Part shown: in pieces, positions 42,009 to 53,839 of the stretch
Layout: each line of letters opens with the position of its first letter
Numbering within the stretch: the first letter of the stretch is position 1
Assembly (NCBI GenBank): GCA_000165345.1
Contig: CM000436.1
Location: 832,001 to 896,000, forward strand
Length of the DNA: 64,000 nucleotides
Direction of reading: 5' to 3'
Program-made: the position numbers and the translations under genes
The notes under the pieces: model-generated
Databases searched by the model: none
Told to the model about the DNA's origin: nothing
The model's input: the letters and a program-made list of their open reading frames with translations, nothing else

Positions 42009-44819
42009 ATGGGCAATTTATTCGGAAAATGTGGCTGTAGGGATTTGACAATATGTAACCTAAATGTATTAAGGCCTGCTCACTCTCAGGATCGTATTTA
42101 TCGCAAAGAATATAAAGTTCCAAATTTTTTAATTGATCATGTTAACTTAGATATTAATATAAAAGACGACGTAACTGTTGTTTCTTCAGTAATAATCATG
42201 AGAAGAAATCCAAATTCATCTTTTAGAGGTGACTTATCATTGGATGGCGATTGCTTGAAACTTGTTTCAGTAAAACTAAACGGCGTAATTTTAGAAAAGA
42301 GTCTGTATAAGGGTTACTTTCAACCCGATGGCCCTGATGGTAAGCTTGTTATTTCAAGTAATTTACTACCAAATAAAGATCAGCAGTTTACACTCGAGAC
42401 AGTTGTTGAAATTTTTCCTGATAGAAATACCAAAAATATGGGATTGTATTATTCTGCAGGAGTTTATTCCACGCAGTGCGAATCGGATGGCTTCAGAAGG
42501 ATAACATTTTTCTTAGATAGACCCGACGTAATGTGTAAATTTAGGGTTAGAATTGAAGGAGATAAAACTAAATCTCCCGTATTGTTGTCAAATGGAAATT
42601 TGCTAGAAAAAGGTGACGTTCAGGGCTCTGAAAATCGGCACTTTGCCATATTTGTGGATCCTTTTCCCAAACCTTGTTATCTTTTTGCGGTTGTTGCTGG
42701 AGTTTTGGGAAGATTGGAGGACAAGTTTATAACAAAATCTGGCAAGACTGTCAGGCTTTTTGTGTACAGTGAGCCCAAGTATGTAGATAGATTGAGATTG
42801 GCAATGGAGTCCTTGAAGCTAGCAATGAAATGGGATGAAGACCGCTTTGGCTTGGAGTATGATCTTGAAATTTTTAATATTGTAGCAGTTGAGTCTTTCA
42901 ATTTTGGTGCAATGGAAAATAAGAGCTTGAACATTTTTAACTGCTCTTGTCTTCTAGCATCAGAGAATATCACCCCTGACTATTTTTTCACGAACATCCT
43001 TTCAATAGTTGGGCATGAATACTTTCATAACTACACAGGTAATAGAGTTACATGTAGAGATTGGTTCCAACTTACTTTGAAGGAAGGCTTGACAGTCTAT
43101 AGGGACCAAGAGTTTTCTCGTGACTGTATTGATAGGTTATCTGAACAGTTAGGAGACATAGAGGTGTTGCGCAACTACCAGTTCCAGGAAGACTCAGGGC
43201 CGCTTGCACATCCTATTAGGCCAGATTCCATTGTTTCAACAAATAATTTATATACAAGCACAGTATATAGGAAGGGGGCAGAAGTTGTAAGGATGTATGA
43301 AACTATCCTTGGCCGTGAGGGATTCCGCAAAGGTATGGATCTTTACTTTGCTCGCCATGATGGCCAGGCAGTTACTTGTGATGACTTCAGAAAAGCTATG
43401 GAAGACGCTAATAATTATAATTTCACACAATTTGAGCGCTGGTACGACCAAGCTGGCACACCTGAAGTTGAGGTTGTTTCTATTGATCACAACAAAGCGG
43501 AGGGGACATGTTCGATTACACTTCGACAACGCTGTAGTCCTACTCCAGAGCAACCTAAAAAGAGACCATTTTATATTCCGGTTATAGTAGGGTTAATTGG
43601 AAAGGATTCATGCAAAGAAATAAGACAGTCGGAAACACTGATTCTCAAAGAACAGCAGCAGACATTTATTCTAGATGGAGTTTGGGAGACACCAGTTGCA
43701 TCGATCCTTAGGGGTTTCTCAGCACCCGTAAATTTAAGGTTTAAAACACCTCGTTCAGACGAGGAGTTGGCATTTCTTTTTGCATTTGATACAGACGAAT
43801 ATAATCGTTTTGATGCAGCTCAAACGTTATATAAAAAAATTCTGATCCAAGCATCTACCAACTCTTCACAAGAAATTTCGCCTAGTTCTGTAATAGAGAG
43901 CATTCTTTCACAAACTATTCTCAGTTGTTTTGAATCGTTTATTTCAAAAATTAAGACGTCTAAAAATCCAAATGGTACTGTTTCTCCAATGGTTGCCTCA
44001 TACACGCTTAGAATCCCAAGTTATTCCCAAGTTTTGGCTTCTATTGCAGAACCAAACTTCGATTTTGTTGTCGAGTCTTTTAATGCATTAACAGTTGCCT
44101 TTGCATCGAGGTTTAAGACTCAAATAGTAGATTTATTCCAGGTTCTTACTGAAGATTTATCGGCGTTGCCTTCTCAGAGCCCATTCATTCATGGTAAAGG
44201 TGTAAATGTTGAAGCTATTGCAATCCGTAGATTATTAAATATTTTACTAGACTTTATTGCAAAACTTGATCCTAGCCTTGGCACTAAGTTGGCTTTTGAG
44301 CAACACAATCGTTTTGATTATATGACAAGTAAGCTTGGTGCAATATCAGCACTACAAATAGCGGATCATAAATCCAGTGAGTGTATTCAAGCTTTGGATT
44401 CTTTGTTACTTGCAACTTCAGATGACGTTTCGACCTTGAATCAATATTTCTCCATTCAGGCAAGTTGTCTTATCCCTGACAATGTTGAGCGTGTAATAAA
44501 TATTTACCATTCTAACCCACAATTTATTAAATATCGTGAAAACCCAACAATCTTCTCCTCTTTGGTTGGCACTTTTGCATCTAATTTTGTTGCGTTCAAC
44601 AGGAAAGATGGGCTTGGGTATTCCTTTGTTGCAGATGCGATAATTTTGATGGATAAAGTAAACCCAATGTCAGCTGCGTCTGTTTCGAGAGCATTTACAA
44701 AGGTCTTGAAACTTGATGAGGGAAGACGCAATCTTCTTAAGGAGAATGTCGTTAGAATACTTCAATCCCCCGGTTTATCGAAAGATACGTCTGAAATCCT
44801 AAAGTCCATCGATTTTTGA
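42009..44819 (+). CDS. M1-family aminopeptidase N, bacterial PepN type
   Basis: A GAMEN motif is followed by HEYFHNYTGNRVTCRDWFQLTLKEGLTVYRDQEFS (HExxH-18-E). This is almost residue-for-residue the gamma-proteobacterial PepN active-site block, and the same subfamily as apicomplexan M1 aminopeptidases. The 936-aa length fits PepN. Confidence 0.9.
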   Translation: MGNLFGKCGCRDLTICNLNVLRPAHSQDRIYRKEYKVPNFLIDHVNLDINIKDDVTVVSSVIIMRRNPNSSFRGDLSLDGDCLKLVSVKLNGVILEKSLYKGYFQPDGPDGKLVISSNLLPNKDQQFTLETVVEIFPDRNTKNMGLYYSAGVYSTQCESDGFRRITFFLDRPDVMCKFRVRIEGDKTKSPVLLSNGNLLEKGDVQGSENRHFAIFVDPFPKPCYLFAVVAGVLGRLEDKFITKSGKTVRLFVYSEPKYVDRLRLAMESLKLAMKWDEDRFGLEYDLEIFNIVAVESFNFGAMENKSLNIFNCSCLLASENITPDYFFTNILSIVGHEYFHNYTGNRVTCRDWFQLTLKEGLTVYRDQEFSRDCIDRLSEQLGDIEVLRNYQFQEDSGPLAHPIRPDSIVSTNNLYTSTVYRKGAEVVRMYETILGREGFRKGMDLYFARHDGQAVTCDDFRKAMEDANNYNFTQFERWYDQAGTPEVEVVSIDHNKAEGTCSITLRQRCSPTPEQPKKRPFYIPVIVGLIGKDSCKEIRQSETLILKEQQQTFILDGVWETPVASILRGFSAPVNLRFKTPRSDEELAFLFAFDTDEYNRFDAAQTLYKKILIQASTNSSQEISPSSVIESILSQTILSCFESFISKIKTSKNPNGTVSPMVASYTLRIPSYSQVLASIAEPNFDFVVESFNALTVAFASRFKTQIVDLFQVLTEDLSALPSQSPFIHGKGVNVEAIAIRRLLNILLDFIAKLDPSLGTKLAFEQHNRFDYMTSKLGAISALQIADHKSSECIQALDSLLLATSDDVSTLNQYFSIQASCLIPDNVERVINIYHSNPQFIKYRENPTIFSSLVGTFASNFVAFNRKDGLGYSFVADAIILMDKVNPMSAASVSRAFTKVLKLDEGRRNLLKENVVRILQSPGLSKDTSEILKSIDF

Positions 44820-45101
44820 GTTTCTATATACTTTTAGAAAACACTTATAGGTCTTATTCTCTTAAATTTATTTTACTGTCTGAAATTTCAGTATAATGTT
44901 TTGGAAGCCTGTAATGCCCCTATTTGGGGCCTCAGGAGGGAGTAGTTAATAGAAACTTATGGAGACCTAGATTTCGGATGAATAGTTTGCAAGGATCAAA
45001 CTTTGATTCTAGTTCCTATAATCTAATTGTATTCGAGTCATGAAGATATAAGAAAAGAACTAAAAATGAGAATATAAGGTTATTAGTGCCCAAAGGCAGT
45101 G

Positions 45102-47897
45102 TTAGCTGCTTAAAAACGATGTTACTAGAGTCTGAACATAGCCATTGTGGGATTTGACAATCTGTAAAAATGTATTTTTATCGGCAAGCCCCAAATAAAT
45201 GGACTTAAGCGTGCTTTGTAGAATAGGAAGAATATTCTCTGAAAAGCTCGATTTTGAGTCTAGAGCTGGCTGCATAGAATTTAATAGATCAAAGAATGAA
45301 TTGATACTAGACGCACTTAGTGAAGTTGGATTGGTTTGAATAGCAAAGCAAATTCCTTGAACTGCATTCATTTTTTCTTGATCGTTACGAACATTAGTTA
45401 GTACCAAAAAAAAACGATCAGCACAAACCCCTAGTCTTCCTCCAACCCTAGAAGGTGCCACCACTGCAACTCTACCGATAGTAATACATGCATTAATTGC
45501 AAGGTTATCTATGTGTGAAGATGAATTACAAGACGTGGTTATTCTGGAAACGAGCATGTCAATTATATGTTCTAAAAAAGGTTCAATAACTGTGAAAATC
45601 TCTGGGAGATTTCCATACATAGCAATTTCTCCTATGGCCCAGGCTGCGTTGTTAGCTATACCAATATTTGGACTTGAAAGATTTAACACTAAAAGTTGCA
45701 GTAATGTAGGTAATAAAGGCTTTAAAAAATCCAAGTTGTCTCCTCCAAACTTGGCTATATCCCCTACACAAGCAAATACACTTTGCTTTATATTTGGATA
45801 GCTTTCATCTTGGCAAAATATGAGAATGTAGTTGGCAAACCCATATCTTTTCAATGTTGGGATTGTAGGCTCCCTCACTGCCTCTACAATCGAACTGACC
45901 AAGTCTAGAGCGCATTCGGCAGTGTCAGGCACTGAATATGAAACTTCTTCTGAATTCTTTAAATTATTTAGAGCTGACATTAGAATGTTTTGAATACAGT
46001 GTTGCAATATTGAGTCTGCAAATCCAGATGCCTTGTTCCCTACTACAGCAAAAATTTTTGCGATTGCATCCATCGAAGCAACTAAACATGGATGGTCTAT
46101 AGGAAAAGATTTCCATTTTGTAATAAGAAGTGGGACCAGGTTATTTTCAAATGTTTGGCTAAATACATTGGGACCAACTGAGAAACATAATGTAGAAATG
46201 GTGTCACATAAAATAAGCAAGTTCCTATATTGATATACGGTCAGTGCCCCAGATATAGTATTCACAATGTCATCAAGGAATGGTATAAGAGAAAGTGATT
46301 GAGCAGAATCCTCAATAAATGTAGCTGTAGCAGAGCAAGCTGCCTCTTCAACACGTTTATTAGGATCAAGCATTCTAGCTAATAGCGCACCAAAAGCGCT
46401 ATTAAGAATTGGTTGGCCTTGCTGAAGCGCTAACCAAGGTGTGAATCTTGAGATGCACCAACATGAAATGCTCCTGATCAGTGGTTTAGAATTTGATGTA
46501 AGTTTGACCAAATAACTCAAGACTCTAGGTAAAAATGGTGATAGTCCTTTAATACAACCTCTAGCAATAGCGCCTAAGACCAAAATTGCACTCTCCTGCT
46601 TCTCCCAGTTGGGATCTTGGAGAGTTGCTTCAATTTTAGGTAATAGCTCTCCCAAAATTTCATCTCCGTATATCACCGATATGTGGTCCAGCGCAAGAGC
46701 TGAGGCTTTTCTTACTGTCCATTGGTTTCCCCATGCTCCGAGCTCTACCTCGTCATCGTTTGATTCAGAGTTATCCGTGCGTCCCTGATGAAACCTAGGG
46801 CCTATAGAGTGAAGGTCATCTTCAGTTTTGTCCTCGAAATGAGAAGGGTCCATTTCAATATAATCAAAATCTGTAAATATAGAATTTTCAAGTAAGCAAA
46901 TGAGTAGTCGAGGTAGAAATGGTCTAAGAATATTTATTCCCTTTTCATTTCTAAGATACAATGGCCAAAACTCAAAACTTTCAAGCCGTAGATTATATGA
47001 ATCACCGCTTGTCTCTTCGCAACAGCACAATACAAAATCAATAATTATATTAACACCTGCTCCGTCAAGGATCACTCCAGGGTCATCCTCCAAAATTGTA
47101 ATAATTCCCATTATAGATAGTAGTCTTATCTGCCTACTTTCCTGTTTTGCCAAAATACCAATTACTTGCCAATATCGCGTGAAAAAGTCATGTAGAGCAT
47201 TACCAGAACTAAAAAGGTGATATTGAGCATATAAAGTGATGCACTTGAAACTAAGATGTACTGCAGTCTCATTCTTACTTAGTATTAAATGCTCACCTTG
47301 AGATATTTGAAAGAGCTTGGGTAATATTAATTGTCTTGACGCGTCAAGAAAAGACATGAGTCTTGGGTGAGTATGCTCCAATATACCTGAATTTTCACCC
47401 AAACAATACTCCAGCTCATCTTCGCATATTTTTATAAGACAATCAAATGCACCATCAATACTATCATTTGTGGCCATATCTAACAACTGAGACAAATGGC
47501 GAAGAGATTCTACCAGTAAAGGTTTTCCTTGTTCTGTATTAACAAATGTGGTAACAATTGTACCAGCAGTAGATCTGATTAACCTCTGGGAGTCATTTAA
47601 TGCATTAAGAGATGTAACTTTGAGATATTCTATATATTCAGAAGAAGAAGGTATTCCATATTGTACAAGATAGTTCTTTAATAAAAGCCCTGCCCTTTGA
47701 CGCACATCCAAACCCTCACTATTCATACCAGAAAATATAAGAGCAAAGTAGCATGGCGCATCAGGGCTATTTATTACAAAGGAATTCAAGGCATTAGTTA
47801 CTTGGAGTTGTACACTGCTTTCAGAAGAATCAGCCTGTCTCAAAATGGACAGCACTTCCTGACATTTTGTTACATCATACTTCCAGGAAGACAACAT
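45102..47897 (-). CDS. importin-beta family HEAT-repeat nuclear transport receptor, transportin (karyopherin beta-2)-like
   Basis: The 931-aa protein is helical-repeat throughout. The N-terminal region aligns with transportin-1, for example DGAFDCLIKICEDELE versus EGAFGALQKICEDSAE, with a preceding importin-N-like segment. Confidence 0.65.
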   Translation of the reverse strand: MLSSWKYDVTKCQEVLSILRQADSSESSVQLQVTNALNSFVINSPDAPCYFALIFSGMNSEGLDVRQRAGLLLKNYLVQYGIPSSSEYIEYLKVTSLNALNDSQRLIRSTAGTIVTTFVNTEQGKPLLVESLRHLSQLLDMATNDSIDGAFDCLIKICEDELEYCLGENSGILEHTHPRLMSFLDASRQLILPKLFQISQGEHLILSKNETAVHLSFKCITLYAQYHLFSSGNALHDFFTRYWQVIGILAKQESRQIRLLSIMGIITILEDDPGVILDGAGVNIIIDFVLCCCEETSGDSYNLRLESFEFWPLYLRNEKGINILRPFLPRLLICLLENSIFTDFDYIEMDPSHFEDKTEDDLHSIGPRFHQGRTDNSESNDDEVELGAWGNQWTVRKASALALDHISVIYGDEILGELLPKIEATLQDPNWEKQESAILVLGAIARGCIKGLSPFLPRVLSYLVKLTSNSKPLIRSISCWCISRFTPWLALQQGQPILNSAFGALLARMLDPNKRVEEAACSATATFIEDSAQSLSLIPFLDDIVNTISGALTVYQYRNLLILCDTISTLCFSVGPNVFSQTFENNLVPLLITKWKSFPIDHPCLVASMDAIAKIFAVVGNKASGFADSILQHCIQNILMSALNNLKNSEEVSYSVPDTAECALDLVSSIVEAVREPTIPTLKRYGFANYILIFCQDESYPNIKQSVFACVGDIAKFGGDNLDFLKPLLPTLLQLLVLNLSSPNIGIANNAAWAIGEIAMYGNLPEIFTVIEPFLEHIIDMLVSRITTSCNSSSHIDNLAINACITIGRVAVVAPSRVGGRLGVCADRFFLVLTNVRNDQEKMNAVQGICFAIQTNPTSLSASSINSFFDLLNSMQPALDSKSSFSENILPILQSTLKSIYLGLADKNTFLQIVKSHNGYVQTLVTSFLSS

Positions 47898-48828
47898 CTG
47901 GGATCCTTCTCTTTAATGGTTTTATTTATGCTGCCGATTTATTCCAGTTTTTATTTGACTAAATAATTATTCGAACCTATTATTTTACCATAAATTTAAG
48001 TGTGCCCCTTTTTGAGCTTTTTTGTACGTTTCCTATTTAGCTTAACTTGTTTAGTACTTAGTTACTCTTAATTCAAACCCCTTTCTTATCCTTGATTCCT
48101 TAATCACAATTTCAGTTTTAATAGGTTTTGTCACAATCTCAATAAGGATATGTCCCGTCTATACTTACGTTAATTATTGTGATGTTAGTGAAGGTTGGGA
48201 AGGAACGAGGCGGCCTAAGTAATTAATTTATTTGCACCTAGGTGTGTTTACAGGCTTGTTAATGTGGGAGTTATCAAGGCTTATAGGTTAGAAAATCAGA
48301 TAAAATCTCAGTCCAATCTTGCTGACATAGATTTGTTAAGCAGCTTAATCACTTTTAAAAAAAGATATAGCGGACGGTAAAGATCCAGGAGAAACTAGAT
48401 ATCATTTCAGAAGCAGGAACAATTAAATAGCAAACAGTTAATACATAGCTCTTCCTCAATAGAGGATCAAGATAAAAACGCAAACATAATAATTCTTAAA
48501 ATCAAAACTCAATATTTGTATTGCTTTGCAGGCTGCATTTAGGCGGGCAGTTCAGATTTTATTACAAATTAATTAAATTAACGTGAATGTCTATCGTCAA
48601 TTGGAATTACGTCTCGTATTGAGACAGATTACAGTTATTTATTAGTTAAAGTTATTTAACATTTTGTTTTGGAAAATAACGTTCTCTTGACAAAGTAATA
48701 TTTATTGCAAAACATTATAAGCGCTGTAATTCCGATCAACTTAAATATTGTTTATATCTCATCAAGAACTTAAGGTATAATTTTGACAATAGTAGGAGAA
48801 ACACTAGGCAAAACAAAAAAAGTAAAAG

Positions 48829-49392
48829 ATGGTTAGATATGCTGTAAGACCCGATACTCCTTCCAAGAGTGTAATGTGCAAAGGTAGCGATCTTCGCGTT
48901 AGTTACAAGAATACATACGAGACAGCAACAGCCATCAAGGGAATGTATCTACTTGATGCTCGCCAATATCTATTGGATGTAATTGCAAAGAAAAGGTGCG
49001 TTCCATTCAGGAGATTCAATGGAGGCGTTGGTAGGACTGCGAAGGCAAATGAATTCAAGCTTACTCAAGGAAGATTTCCGGAAAAGTCATGTAGATTCCT
49101 TCTAGATCTTTTACAAAACGCAGAGAGTAACTGCGACATGAAAGGTTTAGATGTTGACCGTCTTATGCTCGTCTCTGCTGTAGTTACTCATGCTCCATTC
49201 AATAGAAGAAGGACCTTTAGAGCTCATGGACGTATTACTCCTTTCAAAAGCCAACCATGCAATATCCAGCTTATTTTTAAGGAGATAGACGATACTGTTG
49301 AACAACCAAAGAATATTGAAGGGCAGAAAGTTGTCAAGCTTACAAAGAAACAATTAGCTCGCAGAAAATTACGTGTAGGTTCTAAAAATTAG
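48829..49392 (+). CDS. RPL17: 60S ribosomal protein L17 (uL22)
   Basis: MVRYAVRPDTPSKSVMCKGSDLRVSYKNTYETATAIKGM...CVPFRRFNGGVGRTAKA... is collinear with eukaryotic RPL17. Confidence 0.9.
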   Translation: MVRYAVRPDTPSKSVMCKGSDLRVSYKNTYETATAIKGMYLLDARQYLLDVIAKKRCVPFRRFNGGVGRTAKANEFKLTQGRFPEKSCRFLLDLLQNAESNCDMKGLDVDRLMLVSAVVTHAPFNRRRTFRAHGRITPFKSQPCNIQLIFKEIDDTVEQPKNIEGQKVVKLTKKQLARRKLRVGSKN

Positions 49393-49771
49393 TTTTTTTT
49401 TCATTATGAATCCCATTAAATTCATGAGGAACTTTACATTTATCATGTGGAACGACACAAAGTCGTTTTACTATATAATTTCTAGAATTGCGATATAATG
49501 GATTGGCTAGATTTAATTGATGAAATTTTCTCATTTTTTTTCGTTCTGAATGTCTCCTTTGTCTTAGTTTTTATCTTGGAGTTGATTTATCGGCAGTTTG
49601 ATGTAGACCTTTCTCTGTTAGCCCGAGTTTTGTAATCGAGGAGAAATGCGAGGGAAATTCTATGCGATATTTTTTTTTTTGTAAGCCGAAATTCCTTATT
49701 TTTTTATATAATAAAAACGAAGTTTTCGAGTTTATTCAGATTATTGTAGAAATAATTTAACTTACAATAAA

Positions 49772-51460
49772 ATGACTAAGATAAATACAACATACAGAAA
49801 CTCGTCGGGAAAATATTACTACTTCACGACTGCAATAAACTATACTAATGGAACACCGCATATGGGGCACGCATATGAAATAGTAACTTCTGATATTCTT
49901 GTTAGAATTGCAAGGCTATTCGGCTTTAATACAAGATTTCAAACAGGAACTGATGAACATGGGCAAAAAATTGCAGCTACTGCAGAAAAAAAAGGCATAT
50001 CTCCAAAAGAACTTTGCGATGAAAATGTAAAACAATTTAAAAATATGAATGAAAAACTTCAGATTAGTACGGACAGGTTTATTAGAACAACTGATGCTGA
50101 TCATTATGAATCATGTAAGGAGTTATGGAGACGTTGTGAGGCGAAAGGAGACATTTACCTTGGAAAGTATAATGGATGGTATAACGTAAGAGAAGAGAGT
50201 TTTATGACTGAATTAGAAGCAAAAATGCTAAATTATACTGACCCAATTTCGGGATTACCTTTAACAAAGATGGAAGAACCTTCTTACTTTTTCAGAATAA
50301 CTAATTATCTTGAATCAATAAAAAACCACATTATTGACAATCCAGAATTTATACAGCCGGAATCGAGTAGAGAAAGTATATTAGCAAGGTTAGAGGCTCT
50401 TGGCAGCGATTCTGAGGACTTATCTATAAGTAGAGCTAGTTTTTCCTGGGGAGTTCCCGTTCCAAATGACCAGGAACATGTTATGTATGTTTGGTTTGAT
50501 GCTCTAACAAATTATATTACTGGTTTGAAATGGGCTGATTTTGACAATGATCTTGAAGAAAATTCGTTATTTAACAAGTATTGGGAAAATACAGTTCATA
50601 TCGTTGGTAAAGACATTACTTGGTTCCATTCCGTAATCTGGCCTGCGATGCTATTAAGTGTCGGACTCAGCTTGCCAAAAACGATTTTTGCTCATGGATT
50701 TGTTACCGCACCCGACGGTAAAAAAATGAGTAAGAGCTTGGGGAATGTTGTTGATCCATTCGAACAAATTGATAAAATTGGTTCTGATCCATTTAGATAT
50801 TACTTGGCTAGAGAAGGGAGATTTGGGAATGATATTAAATATCAACCTTCTTCCGTTATAGACTATAATAATGGTGAATTAGCTGATACTTATGGGAATC
50901 TTATTTCAAGAATTACAAATTTAACACACAAATTTTGCCAGGGAGTTGCGCCTTCTTTATCTCAATCTTTGTTATTAGATAAACCAGTAGATATTGATAC
51001 AGTTTTCGAAGAATACTATTTGGCTTGGAATTGTTTCCGTATTGATGAGTGCATACAAATAGCAATGGATTTGTCGAGGAATATTAATAAGTTCCTTACT
51101 GACCACGCACCTTGGAACAAAGATAATGGCAAGTCTGATGAAGAGAGGATAGAAATTATTAGAATCGTATTGGAAGGTTCCTACTATATTTCAATTCTGC
51201 TTAGTCCATTTATTACTTTGGCATGTAAGGAGGTTTTCAATAGACTTGGGACTCCAGAGAAAATAATCCCAGAAGTTGATATAAACTATAATAACATTAA
51301 ACCTGGCACGCCAATATTGATTGGCGAACCTCTATTTAAGAGAATTGTGAATAAGGAAGAAAAGACATTCGAAGAGCTTAAAGCAGAGAAAAGAGAAAGA
51401 GAGAAACAAAGAAGATCAGGAAATAAGAAATTAAGTGAAACTAAAGATAAGGGAAAATAG
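49772..51460 (+). CDS. methionyl-tRNA synthetase
   Basis: The class I HIGH motif is present as TPHMGHAYE, and KMSKS as KKMSKSLGN. The MetRS core runs from YYFTTAINYTNGTPHMGHAYEIVTSDILVR, with a Lys-rich C-terminal tail. Confidence 0.9.
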   Translation: MTKINTTYRNSSGKYYYFTTAINYTNGTPHMGHAYEIVTSDILVRIARLFGFNTRFQTGTDEHGQKIAATAEKKGISPKELCDENVKQFKNMNEKLQISTDRFIRTTDADHYESCKELWRRCEAKGDIYLGKYNGWYNVREESFMTELEAKMLNYTDPISGLPLTKMEEPSYFFRITNYLESIKNHIIDNPEFIQPESSRESILARLEALGSDSEDLSISRASFSWGVPVPNDQEHVMYVWFDALTNYITGLKWADFDNDLEENSLFNKYWENTVHIVGKDITWFHSVIWPAMLLSVGLSLPKTIFAHGFVTAPDGKKMSKSLGNVVDPFEQIDKIGSDPFRYYLAREGRFGNDIKYQPSSVIDYNNGELADTYGNLISRITNLTHKFCQGVAPSLSQSLLLDKPVDIDTVFEEYYLAWNCFRIDECIQIAMDLSRNINKFLTDHAPWNKDNGKSDEERIEIIRIVLEGSYYISILLSPFITLACKEVFNRLGTPEKIIPEVDINYNNIKPGTPILIGEPLFKRIVNKEEKTFEELKAEKREREKQRRSGNKKLSETKDKGK

Positions 51461-51646
51461 AGTTATTTAGTTAAATATATATAACTTTAATATAAATTGA
51501 AATAGCTTACTATAAATACCTAAACTCAATGTATTGGAAAGCTGATTAAAATTTTTATATCAAAATTTAAATTAAATAAAAAAATTCAAGTTAGAATTAC
51601 GAGTGTTAATTTCCTAACATCCAGCTTTCTTGAGTCTGATTATTTT

Positions 51647-52960
51647 TTATTTTAAGGATGCTTGGCATAAAGGACAAACTGCGTTTCTGAGTAGCCACAT
51701 GTCAATACAGTCATCGTGGAAAACATGGTTACAAGGAAGGCAACGAGCCATTTCGAATGATGAGAAGTCATTTAAACAAATAATACAATTATCCTGTAGA
51801 AATGAATGTTTGTTAAGCAATAATTCATTTTCTTTTAATTTTTTCCATTCAGAATATGTCTTCACGGGAAGGGATTCGAGCTTGTTAATTGTACACGCTC
51901 TTAATTTATTATCAGAATACTCACTTGAAACAACAGTAGGAAATACAAAGTAGAAGAAGCTGACCATAAATATTATCCTGAATGTGCATATAAGCATTAT
52001 AATTAAATATAGGGGCCATATTCCAGATCTACAGTCAACTTTAATAAGGTCCTTTAGTGAGTATAATGAACCGTTTCCCAGCAATAGGTATGATCTATGG
52101 CCAGCAATCAATGAGTAATCTGCCAATTGTGAATCGCTAAGACTGCCTACAAACTTTCTTGATTGACCTGAAAATGTTTCAACGTTTGGTCTTACTGATA
52201 AGATCCAATAAAATCCAAACATAAACCAAGTATAATATATAAACGATAATACTTTACCTATTTTCCATGCTCTATTTGCGGTTAGTCGCCTAACTGCTTG
52301 TAAAATTTGAATTACTCTCGTACTATTCGAATTAATTCTTTCTCTTTCTAATATAATTTTGTAGTAAAACCTGAATATTCCCTGTAACATTTGAAGAGAC
52401 CCATGAATTAATAACCAGATACATAGAAAAGGGCTATTGCTGAAGTCTGATCTCCAATTCTTAAGTGTTAAGCCTGTCGAAATTAATCCGAGAGAAATGA
52501 AAGAGATCATTCCAATTAATAAATTGCACGAAAGAAACCAAATAGCTTTCTCTGGGTAATTACATACTAGTTGCATGAGAGAATCATCTGAAGCATGCTC
52601 TTGCTGAGACATATTGTTTATAAGAGGATTATTCGAAAGCTGATTTATTCCTGAAACATAGTCGGAGTGATTGCTCGGTGTGATATTTGGAGTAGTTCTT
52701 CCGTAAATGCTTCTTAGTGAGCTTTCAGTTACAGGAGAAGATATTATTACATTGTCCTGGGTTCTAAATAGTGGTTGAATATTCAAATATTTTCTACACC
52801 AGATGTTTATTCTTTCTTTAACCAACATGATTTTGCGAATTGTTTTGTTGCTAAAGTTAGCCTTGCCGGTATTTTGTGTCAGGCTACGAAGAGCCACATG
52901 CTGTTTTTTATGGATGTAATAAGAGACATACCTTTTATAAATACCTAAATTATTATCCAT
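51647..52960 (-). CDS. multi-pass membrane protein with C-terminal RING-H2 finger (E3 ubiquitin ligase-like)
   Basis: Several hydrophobic helices are followed by the C-terminal RING-H2 finger CIICLNDFSSFEMARCLPCNHVFHDDCIDMWLLRNAVCPLC. Confidence 0.75.
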   Translation of the reverse strand: MDNNLGIYKRYVSYYIHKKQHVALRSLTQNTGKANFSNKTIRKIMLVKERINIWCRKYLNIQPLFRTQDNVIISSPVTESSLRSIYGRTTPNITPSNHSDYVSGINQLSNNPLINNMSQQEHASDDSLMQLVCNYPEKAIWFLSCNLLIGMISFISLGLISTGLTLKNWRSDFSNSPFLCIWLLIHGSLQMLQGIFRFYYKIILERERINSNSTRVIQILQAVRRLTANRAWKIGKVLSFIYYTWFMFGFYWILSVRPNVETFSGQSRKFVGSLSDSQLADYSLIAGHRSYLLLGNGSLYSLKDLIKVDCRSGIWPLYLIIMLICTFRIIFMVSFFYFVFPTVVSSEYSDNKLRACTINKLESLPVKTYSEWKKLKENELLLNKHSFLQDNCIICLNDFSSFEMARCLPCNHVFHDDCIDMWLLRNAVCPLCQASLK

Positions 52961-53336
52961 TTCTTATTCGTAGTTATTTGTCTTATAACAATATAATATT
53001 ACGAGGCCATATTAGTCAAGTAACGCATATATTAAATAAGTATTTCGACTAGCACTCAATATTACATGTACTGTATACACTTATGTCTATTAAATAAAAA
53101 GTCTACTTGTCTTTGTATCTAAAAAGGATATTTTGGATCTTAGAGTTTATTAATCTTCATCTCAAGTTTTTTATTTGATTTTATTATATTTGTAATTAAT
53201 TAAACTAAGTTTTGCAAAAAATTGTTGCATGTAAGTCATGCACGTAAATGTTACGTAACTTTTTTGAATTACGCATTAATTGTAATATGATATAATTATT
53301 GCAATTAAAGGCATTTATAAAAAATCCATGCGGCGC

Positions 53337-53398
53337 CTTTACCGCCATGCATTAGTGTCTCCGTTACTGACTTCATACGGGCGGGAAATGTTATTTGA
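53337..53398. promoter_or_regulatory. pair of E2F-like GC boxes (CTTTACCGCC and GGGCGGGAAA) in the RING-E3/RPL34 divergent intergenic region
   Basis: GGGCGGGAAA at 53389-98 is the reverse complement of TTTCCCGCCC. A one-mismatch copy lies 43 bp upstream, next to CCATGCGGCGCC. Confidence 0.3.
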
Positions 53399-53839
53399 GC
53401 AAAAGGAGAATATTAAAATAAAGTATGTTAGGCATTACGTAGTGTAGTATCGTAAGTTAATTTGTAATTGTATATTATATAAATGGGACGGCGTCTCTGT
53501 AGTTTTCGGTTATATAAATTAAACAAATTAATATAATAAATCAAAACGACAATATTTGAATATTAATTGGCTATTCAAAAGTAATAACAATTAATTGAAA
53601 TATTAAATTTATTTATGGTACTGGCGGTTTGATAGACTTTCTTCAAACTGCAGAGTAGGTAGGAATCACGAGAATATTTACAAAAGTCTGAGGGAGCATC
53701 GCCATTCCTCTTTAAAAGTGAATATAGTGCGCAAGATATCGAAAATTCAAGTTTGTGGAATACTTCATTCTTTGTACGAATCTCAAGGTATCAATATTGC
53801 AAATTAGTTTTATTTTAAACCGATATATAATTTCAGAAA

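Noticed and set aside
48170-48300. Locally GC-richer patch in the transportin/RPL17 intergenic region considered as an snRNA or snoRNA gene
   Set aside because: I found no match to the conserved U1/U2/U4/U5/U6 cores, no Sm site and no box motifs. It is more likely promoter or 5'-UTR sequence of RPL17.
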